Below are positions 1-9,339 of a stretch of DNA of 39,665 bases, one piece after another (the stretch's first letter is position 1; every line of letters starts with the position of its first letter). Source of the stretch: a virus. Lineage: Duplodnaviria; Caudoviricetes. The notes below the pieces were generated by a model. The model was not told where the DNA came from. It saw only the letters and a program-made list of their open reading frames with translations, and did no database searches. Position numbers and translations under genes: made by a program. The stretch lies in IMG/VR virus record IMGVR_UViG_3300006923_000003, positions 1 through 39,665 of that record; one strand, written 5' to 3'.

Positions 1-123
1 AACTTGTAGGTGTCGTTCACCCTCTGGAAGATTGGCAAGTGTGTTGAGATTATGTTGTGTTATTGCATGGTTAGGTGGACAAAGCATCATCCGTTCATAG
101 TCAGCACCAGAGTGACTCAACGC
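1..123. repeat. Terminal direct repeat, left copy (circular assembly overlap)
   Basis: Bases 1-123 match 39543-39665; a minus-strand ORF reads in frame across the join. Confidence 0.95.
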
Positions 124-216
124 TAAGTTCAGTTCAGGGTAGCCTTGCGGTGGGTCTGGCAAAATCATTCGTCTGGACTTTTTCATTTCTTCAAACATCA
201 ATCGTGTCACTGTCAT
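1..216 (-). CDS. 5' part of the gene continuing at 38670-39665 across the circular junction
   Basis: ATG at 216 preceded by AAAGGAGA; MTVTRLMFEEMKKSRRMILPDPPQGYPELNLA joins in frame to LSHSGADYERMM. Confidence 0.85.
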   Translation of the reverse strand, partial: MTVTRLMFEEMKKSRRMILPDPPQGYPELNLALSHSGADYERMMLCPPNHAITQHNLNTLANLPEGERHLQV

Positions 217-222
217 CTGTAA

Positions 223-300
223 TTTCTCCTTTCAAGAGAGTGTGTTCGCACTTGGTTGTGCGGATGGTTGCCCTCTAAGAAGGCAACCGACCTCGCAACC
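223..300 (-). repeat. Structured intergenic repeat, copy 1 (hairpin plus SD-containing element)
   Basis: Near-identical to 705-784; 10-bp stem GGTTGCCTTC/GAGGGCAACC within a longer stem, then CTCTCTTGAAAGGAGA. Confidence 0.9.
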
Positions 301-308
301 GAGGTGTA

Positions 309-698
309 TTAAACAGTCCTTCCTTCCCAAGTTGATGCGTACATTGATTCAAGTTGGTGGTCGGATATAATATCCATTGGAGCGTTCACCCAATCCATGC
401 AAATGTTCTTTTCTTTAAGTTCTTTGGAAAACGCATCTGATAAAGCGATTCGTTTTTCAGAACGCTCACGATAACTTTCTTGTGATTCACCTACAACTCG
501 TCCTGTTCCACCAAATGAAGTGTCTATTTGTAGTTTTCGTTCACATAGTTCACGATACATTTCTAGTGAGACAGGAACGGCGGGAGCAAAACGAGTTTGG
601 CAGACACCGCGTTTTTCGCCGTTTACGACCCTGTAAGATTGTTCGGCATATTGCTCTACCACAAGTTCGTTAAAAAGTCTTTTATATTTTTCGTTCAT
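309..698 (-). CDS. Hypothetical protein (129 aa), probably early
   Basis: ORF with strong AGGAGA SD, flanked by the intergenic repeats. Confidence 0.8.
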   Translation of the reverse strand: MNEKYKRLFNELVVEQYAEQSYRVVNGEKRGVCQTRFAPAVPVSLEMYRELCERKLQIDTSFGGTGRVVGESQESYRERSEKRIALSDAFSKELKEKNICMDWVNAPMDIISDHQLESMYASTWEGRTV

Positions 699-704
699 AT
701 CTGT

Positions 705-784
705 TTTCTCCTTTCAAGAGAGTGTGTTCGCTACAAAGTTGTGCGGATGGTTGCCCTCGTAAGAAGGCAACCGACCCCGCAACC
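705..784 (-). repeat. Structured intergenic repeat, copy 2
   Basis: Near-identical to 223-300; begins immediately after the stop codon of 785-1249. Confidence 0.9.
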
Positions 785-1249
785 TTAGATGTCAAGATAT
801 TTTTCTGCTTCTTCATTTCTACATGAACCGCATATTTTTTGATTCGATTCTTTTGGTTTCCAAAATGTGTTTTGACACTTTTCTCCAAAAAAGTCTTGGT
901 TCTCACAAGACTGTTTTTTGCATTTGTCAGCAGTAAGTGTTCCATGAACAGGAACAGGTTTATTTTTGAAACAAACGCGGATGTGCAGATATGACCGACC
1001 ATCACCGTCAAAACCGATGTATTGAACTAGCGGTTTTTCTTTTTCTATAATGCCTAACGCAAATCCGAAATCAATAGCCACACCCGCGTGGGTGGTGTCC
1101 CCGTACAAAAAGTCTACCACCACATAATCTACGGATTCCCCCATATCCGTAGTCGCATGAACCCCAAGTGTATTTGTGGACATTCTTCTAATTTCGTCTT
1201 TACTAAAAGGTCGCATTATTGCAGGAATACTATTCATAATCATCGTCAT
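785..1249 (-). CDS. Hypothetical protein (154 aa) with a Cys-rich C-terminus, possibly zinc-binding
   Basis: SD within TCTCTTGAAAGGAGA (1253-1269); CKKQSC...C...CGSC at the C-terminus. Confidence 0.75.
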   Translation of the reverse strand: MTMIMNSIPAIMRPFSKDEIRRMSTNTLGVHATTDMGESVDYVVVDFLYGDTTHAGVAIDFGFALGIIEKEKPLVQYIGFDGDGRSYLHIRVCFKNKPVPVHGTLTADKCKKQSCENQDFFGEKCQNTFWKPKESNQKICGSCRNEEAEKYLDI

Positions 1250-1470
1250 TTTTTTCTCCTTTCAAGAGAATGATTTGCCCTATGGCGGTTTATTACAGGT
1301 GTATTAGACACTGTATTTATCGTCAAGACAAGTCATGTTCTTCATAAATACGCAAAAATATGCAAAGAGGGTGTTTTTTCTAAATATCCCATATAAGACC
1401 CAACCCCCCTTAATTGGACTCACAGTGCCTATTTCTCTCAAATGTCGCTCAGAACGCATCTGTGGGACTC

Positions 1471-2397
1471 TCACGCCACGATGATCCTAATGTCTGGGTA
1501 GTTTTTCCAAATCTTATATGCGATCACTCCCTCATCTTGACCACCCCCTTTTAATATCTCGATCTTCTTTTTATTGCCATCTTTCAATTTGACATATTCT
1601 GAAATTATTTTATCGTGATCGTGAGGCGATTCTGGGAACTTCTGCTCACCTCGTTTATTTGACCACGAAGTGTTCTCCTCCTCCCAAAACTCATCCAGAA
1701 TTAGCGTGGATGGTAAACGCCACCACCTAGACTTCCCATCATCGGAATTGTAGTATCGAACAAGCATCTCGATTATGTGATCCTCGTCCAACCCGTTTCC
1801 ATCCACCACTTCTTCCCATGCTGCAAAAAACTTACTTTTTGCCTTTCGTCTGTTTTTGGGAATCTTCTCCCACGCGCGAGAAGCATTTAATTTTTCTCGA
1901 TTTTTTCTTTCGTCAATATACTTATTACTACTATCAATTACATTTTCATATTCATATTCAAGGGCTGTTACAACTTTGTTATCTATATTTTTTGATTCTG
2001 TTAATGGTTCTGCTATAACACCCCCCGTATTTTCGTAACGCTTACGCATTCCCTCTTTACCCGCCCTTGACTTTGCTTCACGTTCCAACTCATCTGCAAC
2101 CATTCTCCGAGAAAAAATCACACCTTTACTGTCAATCGAATATACGCCACAGGAAGATAGTTCTTCTAACAGGGGTGCTATTTCCTTTTCGTTTGATCCG
2201 ACCATCCTCGCAAGTTGTGTTGTGTTGATCGGTGATCCATTCGCCAGAGACAGATAACCCCTTATTGGACTTTCGTACATAAGACTCAACATATCTATCC
2301 ACAACCCCCTAGCACTAAGACTCACGCAGCGAACAGCAGGGTCTTTTAACCAATCCCCCGTATAAAATAGTATCGCGGGCATTTTCTTTTTAGCCAT
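1471..2397 (-). CDS. Putative phage replication initiator (DUF1376/YdaU-like N-terminal domain)
   Basis: N-terminal PAILFYTGDWLKDPAVRCVSLSARGLWIDML is typical of phage replisome organisers; AAGGAG SD supports the ATG at 2397. Confidence 0.75.
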   Translation of the reverse strand: MAKKKMPAILFYTGDWLKDPAVRCVSLSARGLWIDMLSLMYESPIRGYLSLANGSPINTTQLARMVGSNEKEIAPLLEELSSCGVYSIDSKGVIFSRRMVADELEREAKSRAGKEGMRKRYENTGGVIAEPLTESKNIDNKVVTALEYEYENVIDSSNKYIDERKNREKLNASRAWEKIPKNRRKAKSKFFAAWEEVVDGNGLDEDHIIEMLVRYYNSDDGKSRWWRLPSTLILDEFWEEENTSWSNKRGEQKFPESPHDHDKIISEYVKLKDGNKKKIEILKGGGQDEGVIAYKIWKNYPDIRIIVA

Positions 2398-2488
2398 GTT
2401 TAACTCCTTCACCCATACAAATACACCAACTCGCCGAGCAGGTCAACAGGCGAACAACAACTATTTGCAAACTATTTACTTTTTTACC

Positions 2489-2517
2489 TTGACTTGTCTT
2501 TCTTTACGGTTTATTAT
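2489..2517 (+). promoter_or_regulatory. Sigma70-like promoter for the plus-strand operon
   Basis: TTGACT-N17-TATTAT in the divergent intergenic region. Confidence 0.7.
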
Positions 2518-2524
2518 CCCACCT

Positions 2525-2746
2525 GTGAAAGATTTACGCAAAATCATTATGGACTATGTAGTAGACCGAGTTCGACCACCAAACGAACTTATTGCTGTGT
2601 TGTCGAATGATCTCTACTCGGCTACGCAGTTGAGTTGTGATTGTTGTGAACTGAAAGAACAAGTCGAGATGGTGCAAACGTATGTGCCATCAGAAGCAAG
2701 AGGATCAATCCGCAACGTAGAATTGTGGATTGGTAATGTAATCTAG
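2525..2746 (+). CDS. Hypothetical protein (about 73 aa), possibly leaderless
   Basis: In-frame GTG 7 nt after the -10 box; 3' part of track ORF 2396-2746. Confidence 0.55.
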   Translation: MKDLRKIIMDYVVDRVRPPNELIAVLSNDLYSATQLSCDCCELKEQVEMVQTYVPSEARGSIRNVELWIGNVI

Positions 2747-2764
2747 TTTTTATAGGAGGTAAAT

Positions 2765-3499
2765 ATGAAAACTCAAATAATGGAAGTCGAAGAAGTCGGA
2801 GAAGAAGCAGAAAAAAAACCGCGAGAAAGAACCTTTGCTATTGCGATTCACGAAGCACAACGGCTAATTGGCTTTGTCGGCAAAGACAGCATCAACACAC
2901 ACAATCGTTACAAATACACATCCGCAGAACACATGATTGACTCCTGCCGAGGGGTTCTGCATGACTGTGGATTGGTTTTAGAACCCACAGAGGTTTTGCA
3001 CACGATCCACGAATGCACCAGAGTTGTAGGTAACTCGCTAGAAACCGTACAACAAATGATAGTTGGATGTGGATTTCGTGCAACTGAAATAGTTTCTGGC
3101 GAAAGCCGAGAGTATGTTATTGAAGTTCCTGTTTGTGACCGAAAGGGAACTCCGTATGACAAAGCATCTCTCGCTAGTCAAACCACCGCGCTCAACTACC
3201 TTCTGCGAAACCTTCTCCTCGTCCCAAGAGTCGATGAAGAAGTTTGTGCAAGGGAAGATGAAAAGCACGACAAAGACAGAGATGCTATTATTAAGGCTGT
3301 TCAAAAAGCAATGCAAGAACTTGGTTCAGATTTTGCAGAAGAAGTCTTTGCGCACTATACGGAAGAAACAGGTCGTGAATGTGGACACGCAAAAGATTTG
3401 ACAAACGAACAATTAAAAGTAGTGTTGCATCGTGCTGAAATAAGAAAACAAAAACTTGTTGACGAAGCATTAGAAAATCTTAAGGAGGACTCAAAATGA
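2765..3499 (+). CDS. erf: ERF-superfamily ssDNA annealing protein
   Basis: VGKDSINTHNRYKYTSAEHM...VLHDCGL and DKASLASQTTALNYLLRNLL resemble ERF motifs; AGGAGG SD. Confidence 0.8.
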   Translation: MKTQIMEVEEVGEEAEKKPRERTFAIAIHEAQRLIGFVGKDSINTHNRYKYTSAEHMIDSCRGVLHDCGLVLEPTEVLHTIHECTRVVGNSLETVQQMIVGCGFRATEIVSGESREYVIEVPVCDRKGTPYDKASLASQTTALNYLLRNLLLVPRVDEEVCAREDEKHDKDRDAIIKAVQKAMQELGSDFAEEVFAHYTEETGRECGHAKDLTNEQLKVVLHRAEIRKQKLVDEALENLKEDSK

Positions 3500-3852
3500 A
3501 CGCGGTAATAAACTCAATAGAAATGAAAAAGTCCAGAACGGGTGATCCTGCGATAGTTGTCGTGTTGGTCACAGACGATAAACAGTGGGTACGAGATTGG
3601 ATCGGAATAAATGCCCCACACTTTGTAACAAAAAGATGGCTTGACTTACTGAACATAGAGGGAACGTGGGACACGTTTTTCTCCCATACTGCCCTCGACC
3701 TGATAGGGCTAAACGTAGATGCAGAGTGTGAAAAAGGGGATTATGGACTCAATGTAAAAAACGTCAAACTCGCGGGAGAAAAAACACACCACAGCCCACC
3801 AAGTCAAACAACCCACCACAACATATTTACAGATGAGGATGTACCGTTTTGA
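3496..3852 (+). CDS. Putative ssDNA-binding protein (DUF669-like)
   Basis: Follows ERF; acidic C-terminal tail DEDVPF. Confidence 0.65.
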   Translation: MNAVINSIEMKKSRTGDPAIVVVLVTDDKQWVRDWIGINAPHFVTKRWLDLLNIEGTWDTFFSHTALDLIGLNVDAECEKGDYGLNVKNVKLAGEKTHHSPPSQTTHHNIFTDEDVPF

Positions 3853-4046
3853 TGTCGAAAGTGCCAATTTGGGTTTCTGTAAACAAATTAGCAGAAATGC
3901 TAGATGTTTCACCGCGCACAGTTTATGAGTGGAAGAATCGTGGCGGGATTCTTCCGCCTCATATTAAACTGTCTGGTATGGTACGATGGAAGCGTGAGGA
4001 CATTTTGCGGTGGATCAACAATGATTGTAAGATAACAAGCACATAA
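3852..4046 (+). CDS. AlpA/excisionase-like HTH DNA-binding protein
   Basis: VSVNKLAEMLDVSPRTVYEW...PPHIKL...VRWKREDILRWI; TGATG coupling. Confidence 0.85.
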   Translation: MSKVPIWVSVNKLAEMLDVSPRTVYEWKNRGGILPPHIKLSGMVRWKREDILRWINNDCKITST

Positions 4047-4057
4047 CCCCACAAGAC

Positions 4058-4128
4058 GGGGCGATTCGTAAAAAACATGACTTCCGTTAAAGCCTTTGTT
4101 TTTACTCCTGCGAATCGCCCCTCTTTTT
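4058..4128 (+). terminator. Putative terminator between convergent operons
   Basis: Perfect 11-bp inverted repeat GGGGCGATTCG/CGAATCGCCCC followed by TCTTTTT; the spacer is long. Confidence 0.55.
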
Positions 4129-4897
4129 ATGTTGCTGCTCTCCACGCATCATATTCTCTAAACACAACAGTTTCCGCGTCCCAACATTTTTGCGATCTTG
4201 GTGATTTTATCATCTCAGCCTCACCAACGACTATTGCTTGCGACCACAGTTGGGTGTTAAGCCGTTTAACAAAGTCAGGTTTCAGATCACGCAAGCACCC
4301 TGCGTTCGCAACCCACCAAGGTAACGGGGTTGTGAGTGTTGCCATAACCTGTTTAGGCGGATGCGCTCGGTGTGTATGACCATGAACATACAAACCGAAC
4401 TGATGCCCTTGTAAAAAGTAAACTGCTTCACGACGAATCCCCGCAGCACTACACTCAAAACCATGAGTGAAGCAAACTTGACCCAAGCGGAAACACCCGC
4501 GCCTACGGTCGTACTCATATTCCGCCTTGGTATTCCAATAATGCAACTCGTCTATGTTTTTTTTCATGTCGAGCAACTGACGAACTCGCGGGTCGATTCT
4601 ACCCTTGGCAAGTATGTTGGCATCGTGATTGCCCTGCAACATGACAAGGCTTGTAGACTTCGGCGCGACCCTGCGAATTGATTTGAGCATTCCATTCGCA
4701 ACCTCGTACTCGTCGAGTAGCGTGTGCATTGCCTCATCGTTCCAACGGCTACCTGCATCGCCCTCACACAGATCGCCTAAGCAGACTATTACATCTGGCT
4801 TACGGTCTGCGATCTGACCAAGCAACCAAGCGATAGCCGTCTCATCTTGGTGTGGACAATGAGTGCAACTGAATGCTAAAAATGTTTTTGTAGTCAA
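4127..4897 (-). CDS. Calcineurin-like metallophosphoesterase
   Basis: Motifs SCTH, GDLCE, GNHD, THG and GHTH in canonical order. Confidence 0.85.
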   Translation of the reverse strand: MTTKTFLAFSCTHCPHQDETAIAWLLGQIADRKPDVIVCLGDLCEGDAGSRWNDEAMHTLLDEYEVANGMLKSIRRVAPKSTSLVMLQGNHDANILAKGRIDPRVRQLLDMKKNIDELHYWNTKAEYEYDRRRGCFRLGQVCFTHGFECSAAGIRREAVYFLQGHQFGLYVHGHTHRAHPPKQVMATLTTPLPWWVANAGCLRDLKPDFVKRLNTQLWSQAIVVGEAEMIKSPRSQKCWDAETVVFREYDAWRAAT

Positions 4898-4920
4898 GTT
4901 TCATTCCTCGACCTCCTATA

Positions 4921-5400
4921 TCATAGCCTGTCTATTACTTCCCCTTCAACAACAACGCCATCAAACTTATTCCAGAAACCTGCGGGACAAGACTCGCTAG
5001 CAACGCGGGTTTTGTCTTTGATTGGACAGTGGCAAATACCGCAGTTCTTCATATTTCGGTGTTCGCAGGGTGTGCAGATTCCCAAACGCAAATCTATTAC
5101 ATCTTGCGGGGCTATACCAATACCAGAGATCGACTTTAATTTCCCAACAGCACCCTGAGCATATTCCTTCACGCCCATTTTTACGGGTTCTAAGTTCTTG
5201 TTCTTTTCACCACAAGAACCACAGGGTTTTTTGGGTACAGCACGATCCCTTTTTCCTGACCTCTCCCGTATTTCTTTTTCGTTTGTTACTCTTTCACGCT
5301 TTATAGTCCCGTCTGCGTATTCAACAACGGCATAACTTACGCCGTCCTCGCGGAACATCCAATCGGGGTATTTCTTTTGTGGATAATTTTCGTTTGTCAT
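4921..5400 (-). CDS. Cys-rich small protein (DUF6171-like C-terminus)
   Basis: RLGICTPCEH...CGICHCPIKDKT...CPAGFW plus a CGSC motif. Confidence 0.65.
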   Translation of the reverse strand: MTNENYPQKKYPDWMFREDGVSYAVVEYADGTIKRERVTNEKEIRERSGKRDRAVPKKPCGSCGEKNKNLEPVKMGVKEYAQGAVGKLKSISGIGIAPQDVIDLRLGICTPCEHRNMKNCGICHCPIKDKTRVASESCPAGFWNKFDGVVVEGEVIDRL

Positions 5401-5414
5401 GGTTGGAGTATACC

Positions 5415-7778
5415 CTAAGCACAAGGTCCACAGTCCGATAGAGGCAACAAAACAGTCTCAAAAGAATTGCTGTTACTTGTGCAGGGTAAGCATCCGTCAC
5501 AATTTTGTGAACCACACTCGTCGCAATTTTTGGGAGCATTGCACCCCCCGCCAAAAGCCATGTACGCAAGTCCTTCTATAACTACACAACTCGCTATGTT
5601 TGTCCTCATATTTTCGCCCCCAAGTTCCCTTACAAAATACTGCTCAGGCGAAATCTGACCGAACCAATCGTTAGCACCATCACAAGTTCTTATACAATCA
5701 CCACCGTCATCTGGTGGGGTATCTCTACACATAGCCGTTCCACACAAGTTGTCAACTCTCATAACCATTTCGCAATACCCCACCTGATCGGGGTCGTTCA
5801 TTGGATCGGCTACCCATGCAAAAGTCGCTGTCCCCCCCCCACAGCCTGAATCATTAACCTCCACCATAAGCGTAATCGAGGTGGGCATACACTCGCAGTT
5901 GTATTGACATGGACTTGTCTCGCTACAACAATCACAACAAGAGTTGAGTGCCACAGGTAGCCCATCTGAGTCTAAATCACCAAGACACATTGCATAAGTT
6001 TGTTCTTCTCCAACCGCAATACTATCCCCCACATATGAGTAACATCGACCCACTAAATTACCCGACTCAGCCGTCCACATACCCCTCACCCTAGGCGCGC
6101 TACAACCAATCTGCTCGCTGTTTAACAACGCTGTTTTACAAGCCCACACTCTTTCTGGGTCATCGTCACTCCCATGACAAATGACGCAATCACCTGAACA
6201 ACCATTTTCATTCTCTGGGCATTTCTTGTAAATCTGAAATCCACAATCACCACACGATCTCGCATACTCGTTGTGATATGCAACTTCTTGATAAAACTCA
6301 TAATTTCCTGTTAAGTAATCCTCGTAGGTGATTCTCGTAAAGAACGAATAGCACCTACACCCATTTACTAACATCGGGTAGGGTTCAGAATCAGAATTAT
6401 CATGAGTACGGTGCGCACCATCCTTACAATTTTGGGGGGGTGTTTCGTACTGATCGCAATATGATTCGTTGTGTGGACAAGGATCGTAAAGATCAACAAC
6501 CTGAAAGTCGGGTTCACAACATATTTGGCATTGGTGATAACTTGGTGAGGCGGGTACAAAGTGAAAATAATAAAGCAAAGTCTCTAAACTCACAAGTCCT
6601 ATACCTTCGGGCAACTCATCGACAATATGACCACCGCTTCCCGAAGGTAAAAGTATTGAAAAATAACACGAAACAAAATCCATCACCGAAGATGCTCCCG
6701 CCCATTCTTCAGGCAATCCATCACAGCCAAGACCCAGAGCAAACGCATATTCTCTGTCTGGATGCCCGTCTCCGTCATTATCTTCTGTGCAACATTTCTC
6801 AAACAAAAGATATTTTTGGCAACAACAACCATCGTGAACGTGTAACCATAAACCCACCCAAAGACCCGTTTGTATGTCATACATATTTGTCCAATACCAA
6901 TCAGCACGAATAGGTATGCCCTCTATATCGTCGCACAGACTGTTTATGGCAAGACCAAGTTTAGGCGAGTCTTTCCCCACGTTATGCGGAATGGGTGTAA
7001 CAAGAAGTGCGGGGGATGGTGCTTCAGGACCACCAAAAAGTAAATGTAATAAAGTTTCCAAATATACTTCATTACACTGTGCTGCGCCACTTGCTGATGA
7101 ATCTGGGCATTCTTCGTGTTGATTAAAAAACCCACCTAGGTCATAACATTCCTCGTATCCTGTGTTTTGACATTCCCACTGTATTGATGATTCTCCAACT
7201 CGCGGAATACAGCATCTACCAAAGGCAGCACAGTGGGTTTCACACAAAGAACCTTTGCCCATCCACTCACCCTGTATTTCTCCATCATTAGGGTCAGCGT
7301 GTAAACATTCTTCCTGTGTTTGATGTCGGCAATAAAAATTGCCATGTTCTGCCCCCCCACTCCCAACGTAACAACACGCACCCATTTCTAAACAACGGCA
7401 AGACTCGTCCTCACATTCTTCGTCTGGATAAAACTCCATTGGAAATTGTTGTGTGTGATATTTACACCAACCAAGAGACACTTGATCTTCGCACTTGCAA
7501 TTAGGATATTCACCATGACAACAAGTACCCCTTTGGCTACAATCCGCTTCCGAACAATCGAGCAGGTGTTCTCGCCAATGACCATCAAAACAGTCAACAC
7601 GATTTGTCAGTTCACAATCACCATTAGACCTACAACAAACCCGAAGTTCGCAAACATCTTCACAAGTATAACCCTCATAAAAAGTGCAATAATGATTGTG
7701 AGGACCACACAAACTTTCATCATTGTTGACACAAGTTCCATCGGGGCAACAACACGCACCCCAACCTGTAACGTGCAT
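5415..7778 (-). CDS. Very Cys-rich putative tail-tip/receptor-binding protein
   Basis: Repeated G(A/T/R)CC units, DxDxDG-like motifs, position at the end of the tail module; TAATG coupling at 7778. Confidence 0.6.
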   Translation of the reverse strand: MHVTGWGACCCPDGTCVNNDESLCGPHNHYCTFYEGYTCEDVCELRVCCRSNGDCELTNRVDCFDGHWREHLLDCSEADCSQRGTCCHGEYPNCKCEDQVSLGWCKYHTQQFPMEFYPDEECEDESCRCLEMGACCYVGSGGAEHGNFYCRHQTQEECLHADPNDGEIQGEWMGKGSLCETHCAAFGRCCIPRVGESSIQWECQNTGYEECYDLGGFFNQHEECPDSSASGAAQCNEVYLETLLHLLFGGPEAPSPALLVTPIPHNVGKDSPKLGLAINSLCDDIEGIPIRADWYWTNMYDIQTGLWVGLWLHVHDGCCCQKYLLFEKCCTEDNDGDGHPDREYAFALGLGCDGLPEEWAGASSVMDFVSCYFSILLPSGSGGHIVDELPEGIGLVSLETLLYYFHFVPASPSYHQCQICCEPDFQVVDLYDPCPHNESYCDQYETPPQNCKDGAHRTHDNSDSEPYPMLVNGCRCYSFFTRITYEDYLTGNYEFYQEVAYHNEYARSCGDCGFQIYKKCPENENGCSGDCVICHGSDDDPERVWACKTALLNSEQIGCSAPRVRGMWTAESGNLVGRCYSYVGDSIAVGEEQTYAMCLGDLDSDGLPVALNSCCDCCSETSPCQYNCECMPTSITLMVEVNDSGCGGGTATFAWVADPMNDPDQVGYCEMVMRVDNLCGTAMCRDTPPDDGGDCIRTCDGANDWFGQISPEQYFVRELGGENMRTNIASCVVIEGLAYMAFGGGCNAPKNCDECGSQNCDGCLPCTSNSNSFETVLLPLSDCGPCA

Positions 7779-8449
7779 TAGATTTTTCCCCAAGGTGGTT
7801 TATGTTGCTCTGGTCTACCCATTGAAATTGGTGGGTGGTCGTCAGCCCACACCACCGTATCACTAGGTGCGACAGGGTTCAATCCAAACCGATCTTGATA
7901 ATCTTTCGTCAGTGGGCTATAAAAAACTATATCACTTGTATTTATCGAAAGAGCAGATATGCCAGAGGCTAATGTTATTAAATCTCTGCTGTCTAAAGCA
8001 CCATTCCAAACACAGACTTCTGCTAACCGCCCTGTGAACGGTCTTGAATTAGTAGATGCGTCATCTCCTATTTCAAACGCATCTACCCCTGTTGGATTGC
8101 CAACAAGTGTTGTATCTTCACTAGAGGCAATCCCATCTAAATACGCAGATCGGCTAGTAGTGCTTGCAAACACAACAGCACAATGATGCCAAGTGTTTAT
8201 CGAAAGATCACCCACTCGTGCGATTGATCTTGAAGAACCATTTCTTACATCAAGGCGCACATTATCATTCTGAATGGACATATTTAAAAACTTGTTGTTG
8301 ACAGATGAGTCGGCAACCGAAAGCACACACTTTGTTCCACTGACATCAGGGACGTACACCCAAGCAGCCATACTCAAAGGCGGAAGTGTAATCCCAAGCG
8401 AGGGTGGTCCTGCATTTGCTAATTTGTAACCATCAATAGCGATAGCCAT
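7778..8449 (-). CDS. LamG/concanavalin A-like lectin domain virion protein
   Basis: SMAAWVY...NTWHHCAVVF...AYLDG...IGD...FTGRLAEVCVWNGAL pattern. Confidence 0.85.
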   Translation of the reverse strand: MAIAIDGYKLANAGPPSLGITLPPLSMAAWVYVPDVSGTKCVLSVADSSVNNKFLNMSIQNDNVRLDVRNGSSRSIARVGDLSINTWHHCAVVFASTTSRSAYLDGIASSEDTTLVGNPTGVDAFEIGDDASTNSRPFTGRLAEVCVWNGALDSRDLITLASGISALSINTSDIVFYSPLTKDYQDRFGLNPVAPSDTVVWADDHPPISMGRPEQHKPPWGKI

Positions 8450-8452
8450 AAC

Positions 8453-8992
8453 CTACAACTCCCTTATTTCTACTGCTATTAGTTCGGCATCCCCCGTTGC
8501 TGTATCTGCCGTAGCCCCCCTTGTAATACACATTCGATACAAGTCCCCCGCAACTATGTTATCCATTTCCGCGCCCGTCTCAACAGTAATTGATACTATC
8601 CCAATTTGACCTGAAGTGGATGGAACTGTGTTGTTCAATGATGGAACAGCACTTGAATAACTCTCAGAATCTATATCTAAATCACTAGCAGCGACACGAT
8701 CAAACTTTACCGACCAATCAACATCGCCAGAAGTGGCGGAAGCCATCGCGTAATGTAGTTTAACACTTATGTTCCCACCCCTGTATTGTTGTGGCATGAT
8801 CGAATCAAAACAAATACTCTCGTTTGTTGTAGCATCAAAGTTTAAAACAATATAATTATTTCTTGTGGATAGGGTTGCGCAGTTGGAATCAACTAACACA
8901 CTGTTTGCAGCAACAAATACCGCTAATGTTGGCGTAAGGTTTTCTATCGTAACCGTTAGTTTTGGTCTACCCGTTGCATCGTAAGTAAGCAT
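8453..8992 (-). CDS. Putative virion/tail-tip protein
   Basis: Beta-rich composition, tail context, TAATG coupling. Confidence 0.6.
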   Translation of the reverse strand: MLTYDATGRPKLTVTIENLTPTLAVFVAANSVLVDSNCATLSTRNNYIVLNFDATTNESICFDSIMPQQYRGGNISVKLHYAMASATSGDVDWSVKFDRVAASDLDIDSESYSSAVPSLNNTVPSTSGQIGIVSITVETGAEMDNIVAGDLYRMCITRGATADTATGDAELIAVEIREL

Positions 8993-9339
8993 TATGTGTA
9001 TAACTCCACCCAAGAAACCATCCATATAGGCTGATTGGTCGTTGGTTCGCTTGTCAACTCAAACTCTAATACCTGTGTGGTTTTAATAACAAATGGTAAT
9101 AAATCCCACACAACGGTTTCCTTTCTGGACAGTTGCATTCCCTCAATTAACGGAACATACTCGTCATCCTCACCCTCCCTGTCTCTGTTGTGTATGCGTA
9201 CCTTTGGGTATTGATCCGCAGTATCTTCGTTGCGAACTATAATTTTTGTAACTAAAACTTGGTTTTTAGCAACCCCATCAAACAAAAGAACCTCATTAGT
9301 TCCATCAAATAAACCTGTTTCTGTTCGCGTTTCCATCAT
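8992..9339 (-). CDS. Small putative tail protein (115 aa)
   Basis: Coupled ORF in the tail operon. Confidence 0.6.
   Translation of the reverse strand: MMETRTETGLFDGTNEVLLFDGVAKNQVLVTKIIVRNEDTADQYPKVRIHNRDREGEDDEYVPLIEGMQLSRKETVVWDLLPFVIKTTQVLEFELTSEPTTNQPIWMVSWVELYT

Noticed and set aside
1-123. Physical terminal repeat of the virion DNA
   Set aside because: Falls mid-gene with seamless read-through; an assembly overlap is simpler, though reads are needed to exclude a real terminus
223-784. Spacers as integron attC sites or a mini-CRISPR
   Set aside because: No convincing RYYYAAC/GTTRRRY boundaries, no integrase or cas genes, and whole genes lie between the copies
1325-2500. TGACTTGTCTT in two intergenic regions (1325-1335 reverse, 2490-2500) as an operator
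   Set aside because: Only 11 bp and two copies; cannot be told from chance without relatives
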